From assembly GCA_043742785.1 (NCBI GenBank), contig JAYTXU010000063.1:7997-71996 (forward strand): 64,000 nt of DNA. The letters run 5' to 3'. Origin of the DNA: Candidatus Omnitrophota bacterium. Its GTDB lineage: Bacteria > Omnitrophota > Gorgyraeia > Zapsychrales > Fredricksoniimonadaceae. Within the stretch, counting starts at the first letter, position 1, and each line of letters opens with the position of its first letter. This document shows, piece by piece, positions 54,310 through 63,181 of the stretch. Position numbers and translations under genes: made by a program. The notes under the pieces are model-generated. The model did no database searches. It was not told the origin of the DNA and saw only the letters and a list, made by a program, of their open reading frames with translations.

Positions 54310-55542
54310 ATGTTAAAGAATATTAAGCGTAGTAAATATTTTTGTGGATTGGATTTAGGTTCTCAAACCATTAAAGCTGCTTTAGTAAGAGTACAGGATG
54401 AAAATAATTTAGAGTTATTAGGTGTTTATGAATTGCCATCGGCGGGTTTAAAAGAAGCTTCCATTACTGATTTAACGGAGTTGTCTCAAACAGTTTTGCG
54501 GGCTATTGAGGGGCTTTGCCAGAGAATTGCGATTCGTCCCACTGCAGTTCATCTAGGCATCAGTGCTGATTTATTATCTTTTCGTCGTTCTTCTGCTGTT
54601 ATTCCTTTAGTCGATGCGGGAACTAAGGTAGTTGCACCTTCAGATGTGGCTAAGGTTAATCATCAAGCGCGTCTTCTGGGGGCGGGTATTGATGAGGAGA
54701 TTATTCATAGTTTTGAGCAATTTTATAAAGTGGATGATGTGAATGTCTCATTGAATCCTAGTGGTTTATATGGCCGTAAATTGGAAACTAATCTTTTGTT
54801 ATTAACAGCTAATGCTGGTCGTTTGCGTAATATGAACAAGGCTGTTCATCAAGCAGGATTTGATGTACAGAAAGTTTCTCTTTCAACCTATGCGGCAAGT
54901 CAGGTTGCTTTAGATGAATCCTTTAAAAAAGAAGGATGTGCGCTTATTGATATTGGTGCGCATATGACGAGTGTTTTGTTTTTTAAGAATGGCATTTTAG
55001 GGGATGTTCAATTTATTCGCTGGGGGGGAGATTTTATTACTCAAAGTATTGCTGATCGATTAAGTCTAACAAGTGATCTTGCAGAAGAAATCAAGAAGAC
55101 GCATGCAGTGGCCGCTAAATTAGACCCTCAAGAAGCTTCCGGTGATATTTTAGTTAAACGAGATAAAGGTTACGTTCCTATAAGACGTCAAAGTGTATGT
55201 GAAGCTGTCGAATGGGAAATAGAAAATTTATTGACCCATTTAGAGACAGTATTAAAAGGTTCTGCTCTTTATCATCAATTAAATAAGGGGGCTGTGATTG
55301 TAGGGGGCACTGCTTTGTTGCCAGGACTTATTGAACGTATAGAACAGAGGTCAAACTTGACAGTTAGTTTAGGAATTGCTACCAAGGGTTTACAAAATCC
55401 TTCGATCTTTGCTGGAGCGATTGGTTTAGCTCAAATGGACTATTTCCAAAGAAAAGGAAAACTGGTTAGTTTAAAAATGACCAAGAGTTGGGTTAAGAAT
55501 ATTTTTATTAAATTTGAAGAGTTGTGTCAGGAGTATTTTTAA
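54310..55542 (+). CDS. ftsA: Cell division protein FtsA (actin-like ATPase)
   Basis: N-terminus FCGLDLGSQTIKAALV and actin-fold motifs (DIGAHMTSV, GGTALLPGL). Confidence 0.8.
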   Translation: MLKNIKRSKYFCGLDLGSQTIKAALVRVQDENNLELLGVYELPSAGLKEASITDLTELSQTVLRAIEGLCQRIAIRPTAVHLGISADLLSFRRSSAVIPLVDAGTKVVAPSDVAKVNHQARLLGAGIDEEIIHSFEQFYKVDDVNVSLNPSGLYGRKLETNLLLLTANAGRLRNMNKAVHQAGFDVQKVSLSTYAASQVALDESFKKEGCALIDIGAHMTSVLFFKNGILGDVQFIRWGGDFITQSIADRLSLTSDLAEEIKKTHAVAAKLDPQEASGDILVKRDKGYVPIRRQSVCEAVEWEIENLLTHLETVLKGSALYHQLNKGAVIVGGTALLPGLIERIEQRSNLTVSLGIATKGLQNPSIFAGAIGLAQMDYFQRKGKLVSLKMTKSWVKNIFIKFEELCQEYF

Positions 55543-55593
55543 ATGAGCACATGACTTGCGGAGAGTGTTGACGTAAGTCATTGGTGCGAATTT

Positions 55594-55614
55594 ATCCCTG
55601 AAAGGGATTGTTTT
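55594..55614 (+). terminator. Rho-independent terminator after ftsA (stem ATCCC/GGGAT, loop TGAAA, TGTTTT tail), preceded by a 10-bp hairpin at 55572-55603
   Basis: Direct read; overlaps the stop codon of the convergent minus-strand gene. Confidence 0.45.
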
Positions 55615-55972
55615 AAGTGTCTTTATTACGTTGATCGTTACGTCTGTGGCTTAGGTTGAAGTCAATATTCTTTAGAACGCTTCTAAGTCTAAGAAGGCTA
55701 TTGAAGATATAGAGAATCCAAAAAGAATTAAATAACAGAAGGATAACAATCAGCAAAGTGTTAACTGATTGAGCCATTAGAAGTTTTTCTAGGACGCTGC
55801 TTTTCTGGACATCAATACTGACATCAATGATTTTTAATGAATTGATAAACGTTGCAACGAAGATAACAACCAGGATAATTTCAAAGAATAGAATGTAGAA
55901 ATGACGGACAATGAATTGAGCGGAACGATTGTCCCACTGGCGAATTTTGTTCATGAAATTATTGAATCCCAT
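55613..55972 (-). CDS. Hypothetical small membrane protein (119 aa)
   Basis: SD TAAGGAGA upstream on minus strand; 2 hydrophobic helices. Confidence 0.45.
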   Translation of the reverse strand: MGFNNFMNKIRQWDNRSAQFIVRHFYILFFEIILVVIFVATFINSLKIIDVSIDVQKSSVLEKLLMAQSVNTLLIVILLLFNSFWILYIFNSLLRLRSVLKNIDFNLSHRRNDQRNKDT

Positions 55973-56047
55973 AGCGCAATCTCCTTATAATTAATCATTG
56001 TATTATTCTTTATTGGCGGAGCAACAGAAATCTTAAAGAAATCTTTT

Positions 56048-56548
56048 ATGAAATTATTAGGTTTAATAGTGCTGCTGACAGTACTCTTATCTAGCTGTGT
56101 TATTTCTCCACCAGTTGCTAGGGGTAGTCTAGGATACGAGGATTCTCGCCGAGTTGTTGTAGTGGGGGAGAATGTGGATTCTGCGCTCGCTGGATATTAT
56201 CAAAATAAGTATGATGCTCTCGTATGGTTTACTCCTTATCAAGGCCAATTTGCCAATAAGGCTAGTAATTTTCTGCAGAGCGGTTTCAGATCTAGTGTTG
56301 CCATGCGTAGTCTGATTGCAGAATTAAAGAGTATTAATTATACTGTAGGTCAATGGGAAATCATTGTTCCTGGTATTGCGGAAAAGTATTTCTTAGCTGT
56401 CCTTAAGGAGATGGAAGATCATTTTCTGTCTAAAGCTAGAGGGTCAGTTGTATTGATCGATTCAACAAGCAACAAAGATATTGAAATACAGTTAAAGCGT
56501 GTGACGGATGGATTTTTCTTTGTTTCTTATGAATTCCATAAGAAATAA
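56048..56548 (+). CDS. Hypothetical lipoprotein (166 aa)
   Basis: Lipobox LLSSC after signal-like N-terminus. Confidence 0.45.
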   Translation: MKLLGLIVLLTVLLSSCVISPPVARGSLGYEDSRRVVVVGENVDSALAGYYQNKYDALVWFTPYQGQFANKASNFLQSGFRSSVAMRSLIAELKSINYTVGQWEIIVPGIAEKYFLAVLKEMEDHFLSKARGSVVLIDSTSNKDIEIQLKRVTDGFFFVSYEFHKK

Positions 56549-56622
56549 CGCGCCTGGCAGGGGTCGAACCTGCAACCCTCAGTTCCGAAGACTGATGCTC
56601 TATCCAGTTGAGCTACAGGCGC
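56549..56622 (-). tRNA. tRNA-Arg (anticodon UCG)
   Basis: Reverse complement folds as acceptor GCGCCTG/CAGGCGC, D-arm GCTC-AACTGGATA-GAGC, anticodon stem TCAGT/ACTGA with loop CTTCGGA, T-arm GCAGG-TTCGACC-CCTGC; no encoded CCA. Confidence 0.8.
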
Positions 56623-56660
56623 AAGGTTATAAAATTTTTTCTACATACTATATGATATTA

Positions 56661-58097
56661 TTAGGTTTTTGGGAAAAAAATGAATGTACTTAGAAAATTT
56701 TTGTAGGAATAGTATTTTAATAGAATATAAAGAATTTTCTTCTGTTCTTCGTTTAATGGTTCACTTGTTGATATAAAGCAAATAAAATCTCTTGATTTCT
56801 CACCCCATGATTGAAAACTTTCCACTGTATTCAATAATTCAATAGGACGGGATGAATAATATTGAAAGTATTTGGCTGTGTAGTCTCCGATAGCACAAAA
56901 ATGTGTTTGTGGTGAGGAAGCTATGCTTTCAGCAAACATAACAGATTCTTTATAGACTCCTGCATGATAATCTTTTGTAAAATATTCGAAATCTGAGTGC
57001 CAGGACCAGATAGTGAGGGCTAGTATAAGACTTAGTAAGAGTATAGAAAAAATTCTTTTAAATTTGGACTGATTTCTTTTAATTATAAATACAATCCCGA
57101 TAGATAATAAAAGAAAAAGGAAAGGTAAAAGATAGGCAAAGAAACGGGTAAAAAGGTAATAAGGCTGAGATAGCCATACAATTAATGGGGATAGGTATAA
57201 GAGGATTAGGTATGTATGCCAGTTTTGTAAGTCTTTATTTTGAGAATTTTTAAAACCAATAAAAATAAGGATAGGCATTAAGAAGCCAAATGGCAGAACG
57301 TAAAGGGCTAGGAGATCAGACAGTAGTTTTATAGGGAAAGAATTAACTAAGTGATGATTATGGTGGTCAGTAATAAGAAAACTTAGTGTGTGAAAGGTAA
57401 TGGGTAGATAAATAAGAGATGATAATAATATTACCAGAGCAATAGATTTCCAGACGTTTTGTAAGTTTATTTTATTGATGGAAGTTTTGTTAAATTGTTT
57501 ACAGGATATCCATAGTAGATGAATTATTTGAATAAGAATGATAGCGAGAAAGAAAACATGGAAGGAGAGGCCGATAACGTTGGTTAAGGTAAGTTTCCAA
57601 TTGATTCTTTTAGAAGGGATATTAAGAGAGTTGAAATAATAACATGTTGATAGAAGGGCAAAGAAAGCAAAAGCAGAATAACCTCTCGCTGAAACACTCC
57701 ACATGATATGGGTTGGAGAAAGCGCAAGAAAGAAAGAGCTAAGCAAAGCAATGGATTTTCCAAAATATTGTCGTGTCCAATACCATAAGAAGAGAATTCC
57801 TCCCATTCCAAAAATCAGAGCTGGAATACGAAGAATCCATTCTGCAACTCCTAAATAGTGATAGAGAGTGTATTCAATGATGGTGTAACCTAAATGATTT
57901 GTTAACCAAAAATTTTTAAAAACATCAAGAAAACTACAGTGATGAATATAGGAGATAACAATAAACATCTCATCAAAGCTTAATCCGCGGCTCATCAGAG
58001 GAATACGTAGGACAAGTCCAATAAGCAAGATCAATAATAGGGAGGTATTATTTATTTGGTTTTTGAAAGACAATAAAAGAGAAGATGTGGTTTTCAA
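56661..58097 (-). CDS. GT-C fold glycosyltransferase, family 39/83-like (ArnT / PMT_2 dolichyl-phosphate-mannose-protein mannosyltransferase-like)
   Basis: First-loop acidic motif SFDEMFIV; PMT_2-like segment RIPALIFGMGGILFLWYWTRQYFGKSIALLSSFFLALSPTHIMWSVSARGYS; ~12 TM, 478 aa. Confidence 0.6.
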   Translation of the reverse strand: MKTTSSLLLSFKNQINNTSLLLILLIGLVLRIPLMSRGLSFDEMFIVISYIHHCSFLDVFKNFWLTNHLGYTIIEYTLYHYLGVAEWILRIPALIFGMGGILFLWYWTRQYFGKSIALLSSFFLALSPTHIMWSVSARGYSAFAFFALLSTCYYFNSLNIPSKRINWKLTLTNVIGLSFHVFFLAIILIQIIHLLWISCKQFNKTSINKINLQNVWKSIALVILLSSLIYLPITFHTLSFLITDHHNHHLVNSFPIKLLSDLLALYVLPFGFLMPILIFIGFKNSQNKDLQNWHTYLILLYLSPLIVWLSQPYYLFTRFFAYLLPFLFLLLSIGIVFIIKRNQSKFKRIFSILLLSLILALTIWSWHSDFEYFTKDYHAGVYKESVMFAESIASSPQTHFCAIGDYTAKYFQYYSSRPIELLNTVESFQSWGEKSRDFICFISTSEPLNEEQKKILYILLKYYSYKNFLSTFIFFPKT

Positions 58098-58236
58098 GAT
58101 TAAACGTTTAATAGAGTTATTTCTTAAAGAATTTAGTAGTTCAATAATTTCAAAATTAGAGTATATTTAGATGCAAAATAATTTTTTAATCTAACACATC
58201 TACTATTAACCTAAAAGAGAAAAGTTTTTCTTCAAT

Positions 58237-60264
58237 ATGGCTTTTAATTATTCTTTTTTTCATTCAAATTCTCGTTGGTATTATCCCATACGCTGGTCAA
58301 TACTTGTTTTATTAGGTTTAGCCATTTATTATCAGACATTTAGATTTGATTTTGTGTTTGATGATGATTGGTTCATAGTAGATAATCCCTACATTAGACA
58401 ATTTAATCAAATTAACAACTCTTTCATTAGTCTTCCGTTGACTCGAATGTTAGGAGTATATTCTTTTGGATTAAATTATCTGATCAACGGTTTAAATCCA
58501 ATGGGGTATCACATATTCAATGTGATTGTTCATTTCATTGCTACTGGCCTCGTCTGGGGATTAAGCAATTTGCTTTTTAAAATTGTAGGGTGGATGCCTT
58601 TTAGGTTAATCGTAGGTTCTTATCCAAAAAAGAAGGCTAAAGAAGTTTTTGCTTATAAGTTAGAAGGGGCTTCCCGAGAAATACCCTATTTAATAGCTTT
58701 ATTATTTCTAGCTCATCCTTGTCAAACCCAGGCAGTTTCTTATATTACCCAACGATTTGAATCTATAGCTACGGTTTTATATCTAGCAACAGTGTATTGT
58801 TATCTTCTGGCTAGAGTTTCAAATACTGATTTTCGAAAAGTAATATTCTTTATTTTAGCTTTAATATGTGCGGTTTTAGGTGTTTTGACCAAGGAAGTCG
58901 TAGCCACTATACCTGTCACTCTTATAGCTGCTGAATGGATACTTTTTTCAAGAAATAAACAGGGAATTCTATCCAAAGGGAAAGAAGCTTTTAAGAAAGC
59001 CAATCAGGTGTTGATATACATTCTTTTGATCGCAGGAGGTTTTCTTTTTAGCATCTTATTTATGAAATTGGTTCGTACAGGATTGAATATTTTTTTAAGT
59101 ACTGTTGAGTCTGATTCTCATGATGGAGATTTTCTTACACCAGTTAGTTATTTCTTAACACAGATGAGGGTGTTTCTGACCTTTATCCGTTTGCTCATTT
59201 TTCCTGTTCATCAGAATTTAGACTATGACTATCCTATGTCAATAGGTATTTTACAACCGCCATTGACCTTGGTTGGTTTGTTATCGATAGGGTTTATTAT
59301 TTATTTAATTTTTAGGTTTCGTCAAAATTTACCTTTAGTATCCTTTGGTTTAGCTTGGGTATTGATCACTTTCTCAATAAATCTTGCACCTCGCGCCAAT
59401 GTGATATTCGAACATAAATTGTATTTGATCTCATTTGGTTTCTTTTTAGCAATTGTTTCAGCTCTATTTGTTTATATTCGGTCTCGAATGATATTGTTGT
59501 GTTTTATGGCATGCCTTGTTGCAGTATTATCATTGCTTAGTTTTCAGCGTAATCATGTTTGGAGAAATAATGTTACTCTTTGGGAGGATATTATTCAAGA
59601 ATCACCTCATAAGAAGCGTTCTAATATTAATTTAGGTTTAGCCTATATGAGGGTAGGTCGCTATGGTGAGGCTCTTACTGTATTTAATAAGGTTATGAAA
59701 CCAAAGGATTTAAAAAGTTATTCTGCTAGGGGAGAAATTTATTATGAGTTGGGTAAGGATGATCAAGCTTTGGGGGATTTTAATTATGTGCTATCGATGG
59801 ATAGAGATGATTTTGAAGTCTATATTAGAAGAGCTAAGGTTTATAAAAGACAAATGAAATATGAAGTTGCCCTATTAGATTTAGATAGAGCTATTCTTCT
59901 TCAACCTAAGAATGAACGGGCTTATATTGATCGAGGGATATTGTGGATGGCCCAAGGCAGGGAAACAGATGCGATCAAGGATTTTGAAGAAGCGTTAAGA
60001 TTAGATCCAAGTAATTATGGAGCTTTAGTAGATTTGGCTGGGGTTTATATTTTTAAGAAAGAATATGAACGGGCTTTAGAAATCTTGAATAAAGCTCAAG
60101 GGATTAAACCTAATGATTTCAGGGTTTATAAGAATAGGGCTTTTTGTTTTCTTACTATGGGTCAAGTGAAAGAAGCTTTAAAAGATATGGAGACTTCGTT
60201 GCGTTTAAATCCTAACGATGTTCAGATGATGACAAAACATCAGGAGGTTTTACTTTTGAAGTAA
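58237..60264 (+). CDS. TMTC-like protein: N-terminal DUF1736/PMT-type GT-C membrane domain plus C-terminal TPR repeats
   Basis: FVFDDDWFIVDNPYIR and LNPMGYHIFNVIVHFIATGLVWGL motifs in membrane domain; ~7 TPR-like 34-aa repeats (aa ~440-675). Confidence 0.6.
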   Translation: MAFNYSFFHSNSRWYYPIRWSILVLLGLAIYYQTFRFDFVFDDDWFIVDNPYIRQFNQINNSFISLPLTRMLGVYSFGLNYLINGLNPMGYHIFNVIVHFIATGLVWGLSNLLFKIVGWMPFRLIVGSYPKKKAKEVFAYKLEGASREIPYLIALLFLAHPCQTQAVSYITQRFESIATVLYLATVYCYLLARVSNTDFRKVIFFILALICAVLGVLTKEVVATIPVTLIAAEWILFSRNKQGILSKGKEAFKKANQVLIYILLIAGGFLFSILFMKLVRTGLNIFLSTVESDSHDGDFLTPVSYFLTQMRVFLTFIRLLIFPVHQNLDYDYPMSIGILQPPLTLVGLLSIGFIIYLIFRFRQNLPLVSFGLAWVLITFSINLAPRANVIFEHKLYLISFGFFLAIVSALFVYIRSRMILLCFMACLVAVLSLLSFQRNHVWRNNVTLWEDIIQESPHKKRSNINLGLAYMRVGRYGEALTVFNKVMKPKDLKSYSARGEIYYELGKDDQALGDFNYVLSMDRDDFEVYIRRAKVYKRQMKYEVALLDLDRAILLQPKNERAYIDRGILWMAQGRETDAIKDFEEALRLDPSNYGALVDLAGVYIFKKEYERALEILNKAQGIKPNDFRVYKNRAFCFLTMGQVKEALKDMETSLRLNPNDVQMMTKHQEVLLLK

Positions 60265-60324
60265 ATTTATATTTTTTAAGTCCCTTTCTTGCCTTAAAGC
60301 AAAAACTTTGTTATAGTTTGCAAC

Positions 60325-61419
60325 ATGTCTTTAGAAATTACCCTACATAATACTCCATTGGAACAAGAACATATCGCCCTTGGCGCCAAGATGGTTGGTT
60401 TTGGCGGATGGAACATGCCCTTACAGTATGAGGGAATTATCGCTGAATGGAGCTATAATCGTAAAACTTGTTCTATTTTTGATTGTTCTCATATGGGGGA
60501 ATTTATCATTCAGGGAGATGCGCGTGAGAGTGGTTTAGATCGAATTGTCACCCAGCGTATTAGTGATATGCCTCTTAAAACTTGCCGCTATGGAGCAATG
60601 CTTAATAAACAAGGCGGTGTTATTGATGATTTGATTGTTTATCGCAAATCTTCTCAAGAATGGATGATCGTGGTTAACGCCTCTAACATAGAGAAGAATG
60701 CAAAACATTTTAGAGAGCAGTTAACAGTCAAAGCTATTTTTAAAGACATTTCATTTGAAACAGCCAAGCTGGATCTACAAGGGCCTCTGTCTCGTGATAT
60801 TCTTAAAACGTTAGTTCCTGATAGCGGTAAGTTAGAGTATTATGCCTTTGATGAATTTATGTTGTTAGGGCAAAAATGTTTGATTAGTCGCACTGGTTAT
60901 ACCGGCGAGTTGGGTTATGAAATTTACTACCCTTGGGAAAAAGCAAAAGAATTGTGGCAGATGATTTTAAAAAATGATAAAGTCAAACCCACTGGGTTGG
61001 GAGTGCGTGATGTTTTGCGCATTGAGATGTGTTATAGCCTCTATGGCCACGAATTAAGTGAAGACATTCATCCTCTGGAAGCTGGTTTAGATCATTTTAT
61101 TGATTTTGAAAAAGAGTTTATCGGTAAAGAAGTTCTTTTAAAACAAAAAGTTCAAGGCATTACTCGTAGAATCAGTTGTTTTATCTCTGATTCCAGGCGT
61201 TCTCCTCGTGCAGGTCATAAAATTATTGATGAAGCAGGACAAATGATAGGTGAGGTTACAAGCGGAACGTTTTCACCGGGTCTGCAGGTGGGAATAGGTC
61301 TTGGATTTTTAAAAACTTTAAGTGTTGGTAAGAATATTTTCTTTGGGGATGAAAAGAATAAAGCAACAGCCAGTATTGTTAAAAGGCCTTTTTATAAAAA
61401 TGGATCTTTAAAGTATTAA
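60325..61419 (+). CDS. gcvT: Glycine cleavage system aminomethyltransferase (T protein)
   Basis: TPLEQEHIALGAKMVGFGGWNMPLQYEG N-terminus and overall GcvT length. Confidence 0.85.
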   Translation: MSLEITLHNTPLEQEHIALGAKMVGFGGWNMPLQYEGIIAEWSYNRKTCSIFDCSHMGEFIIQGDARESGLDRIVTQRISDMPLKTCRYGAMLNKQGGVIDDLIVYRKSSQEWMIVVNASNIEKNAKHFREQLTVKAIFKDISFETAKLDLQGPLSRDILKTLVPDSGKLEYYAFDEFMLLGQKCLISRTGYTGELGYEIYYPWEKAKELWQMILKNDKVKPTGLGVRDVLRIEMCYSLYGHELSEDIHPLEAGLDHFIDFEKEFIGKEVLLKQKVQGITRRISCFISDSRRSPRAGHKIIDEAGQMIGEVTSGTFSPGLQVGIGLGFLKTLSVGKNIFFGDEKNKATASIVKRPFYKNGSLKY

Positions 61420-61438
61420 TTAAGGGAGTTTACATTTT

Positions 61439-61828
61439 ATGGAAATCATGGATCATTATTTTTACACCAAGGAACATGAATGGATTAATGTGGAAGACAA
61501 TATCGGTACAATGGGTATTACCGAATATGCTCAAAGTGCTTTAGGGGATATTACCTACGTGGAATTGCCTCAAGAGGATCAGGAAGTTGATCAATTTGAA
61601 CAATTTGTTTCGGTCGAGTCAGTGAAGGCAGCTTCGGATATATTTTCTCCTATGTCAGGCAGAGTCATTGAAGTTAATGATAAGCTTGAAGATGATCCAG
61701 CATTAGTTAATAAGCATTGTTACGATAAGGGTTGGATTGCCAAGATTGAGCTTAAAGACATGGAAGAAACAGGCAATTTAATGTCCGCTGATGAGTACCG
61801 CAGTTATTTAGATACCCTTGATCATTAA
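61439..61828 (+). CDS. gcvH: Glycine cleavage system H protein
   Basis: Lipoyl-lysine motif ESVKAAS; 129 aa. Confidence 0.85.
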   Translation: MEIMDHYFYTKEHEWINVEDNIGTMGITEYAQSALGDITYVELPQEDQEVDQFEQFVSVESVKAASDIFSPMSGRVIEVNDKLEDDPALVNKHCYDKGWIAKIELKDMEETGNLMSADEYRSYLDTLDH

Positions 61829-61840
61829 GTAGGAACTAAT

Positions 61841-63181
61841 TTGAATCCCTATATTACTAATACTGAATCAGAAATCAAAGAGATGCTTTCTGTGATGGGT
61901 TTGAAGTCTATCGATGAGCTCTTTGCTGATATTAAGCCCCAACATCGTCCTAAATCTTTTGATTTTCCTGAAGGTCTTTCTGAATTTGATTGCATGCATC
62001 GCCTCACGCAGTTGTCCTTAAAAAATAATGTGCATTTAAAGCCTTTTATAGGTGGCGGTTATTACGATCATTATGTTCCTACTGCTGTTAGCGCTCTTAT
62101 TTCTCGAGGGGAATTTTATACGGCTTACACGCCTTATCAGCCTGAATGTGCACAAGGTACATTACAGACTTTATTTGAGTATCAGAGTCATATGTGTGCT
62201 TTGACAGGGATGGAAGTGTCTAATGCTTCTTTGTATGACGGGGGTACAGCCTTGTATGAAGCGATGATGATGGCTATTCGTATTACAGGTAGGGATAAAA
62301 TTATTATTGACGGTGGCGTTAGTCCTATTTACCGCAAGATATTAAGAACTTATACCCATCATTTACATTATCAATTTGAAAAAACTCCTGTTATTCATGG
62401 TCAATCGAGTCGCGAAGAAATATTTAAGCGTTTAAATAAGAACACAGCTGCTGTTATTCTACAAAATCCTAATTTCTTTGGAGCTATTGATGATTTTACG
62501 GACATCATTAAAAAAGCGCATGAGGTAGGAGCGTTGGTGATTATGAGCGTATATCCAATTTCTTTGGGACTTCTTAAAACTCCTGGAGAAATGGGAGCGG
62601 ATATTGTCACCGGTGAAGGGCAGTCATTAGGGTTGTCTTTAAATTTCGGAGGCCCGTATTTAGGTTTTATATGTGCTAAAAAACAATACATACGTAAAAT
62701 GCCAGGTCGTATTGTTGGTCAAACGGTGGATTCAAAAGGCAGGCGTTGTTTTGTGAATACATTGCAAGCTCGTGAACAGCATATCCGTCGAGAGAAGGCT
62801 ACATCAAATATTTGTACTAATGTGTCTTTGTGTGCTTTACAGGCTGCAATTTTTATGTCGATGATTGGTAAGGGAGGTTTGAAGGAAATGGCGCAGTTAA
62901 ACTTAGATAAAGCGGAGTATGCTAAATCTTGTTTAGAAAAGATTAAAGGTGTTGAGGTGAAGCGTTCTTCGCCGACATTTAATGAGTTTACAGTAGTTTT
63001 GCCTAAAGATGCATCAGAAGTTGTAGGGCGAATGATTGAAAAAGGTTTTGCAGCTGGATTTCCTTTAGGGCGTTACTATAAAGGCATGGAGAAATATTTA
63101 TTGGTAGCTGTTACAGAAAAACGTACAAAAGAAGAAATTGATAGTTATTCCAAGTCATTATCTGAGGTTTTATGGAATTAA
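61841..63181 (+). CDS. gcvPA: Glycine dehydrogenase (decarboxylating) subunit 1
   Basis: P-protein N-terminal half (FIGGGYYDHYVP, TPYQPE...). Confidence 0.85.
   Translation: MNPYITNTESEIKEMLSVMGLKSIDELFADIKPQHRPKSFDFPEGLSEFDCMHRLTQLSLKNNVHLKPFIGGGYYDHYVPTAVSALISRGEFYTAYTPYQPECAQGTLQTLFEYQSHMCALTGMEVSNASLYDGGTALYEAMMMAIRITGRDKIIIDGGVSPIYRKILRTYTHHLHYQFEKTPVIHGQSSREEIFKRLNKNTAAVILQNPNFFGAIDDFTDIIKKAHEVGALVIMSVYPISLGLLKTPGEMGADIVTGEGQSLGLSLNFGGPYLGFICAKKQYIRKMPGRIVGQTVDSKGRRCFVNTLQAREQHIRREKATSNICTNVSLCALQAAIFMSMIGKGGLKEMAQLNLDKAEYAKSCLEKIKGVEVKRSSPTFNEFTVVLPKDASEVVGRMIEKGFAAGFPLGRYYKGMEKYLLVAVTEKRTKEEIDSYSKSLSEVLWN

Noticed and set aside
56508-56693. 61-aa plus-strand ORF
   Set aside because: Its body is the antisense of tRNA-Arg (56549-56622); spurious.
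60265-60324. Glycine riboswitch upstream of gcvT
   Set aside because: The intergenic region is only 60 nt and AT-rich, far too short for a glycine aptamer.
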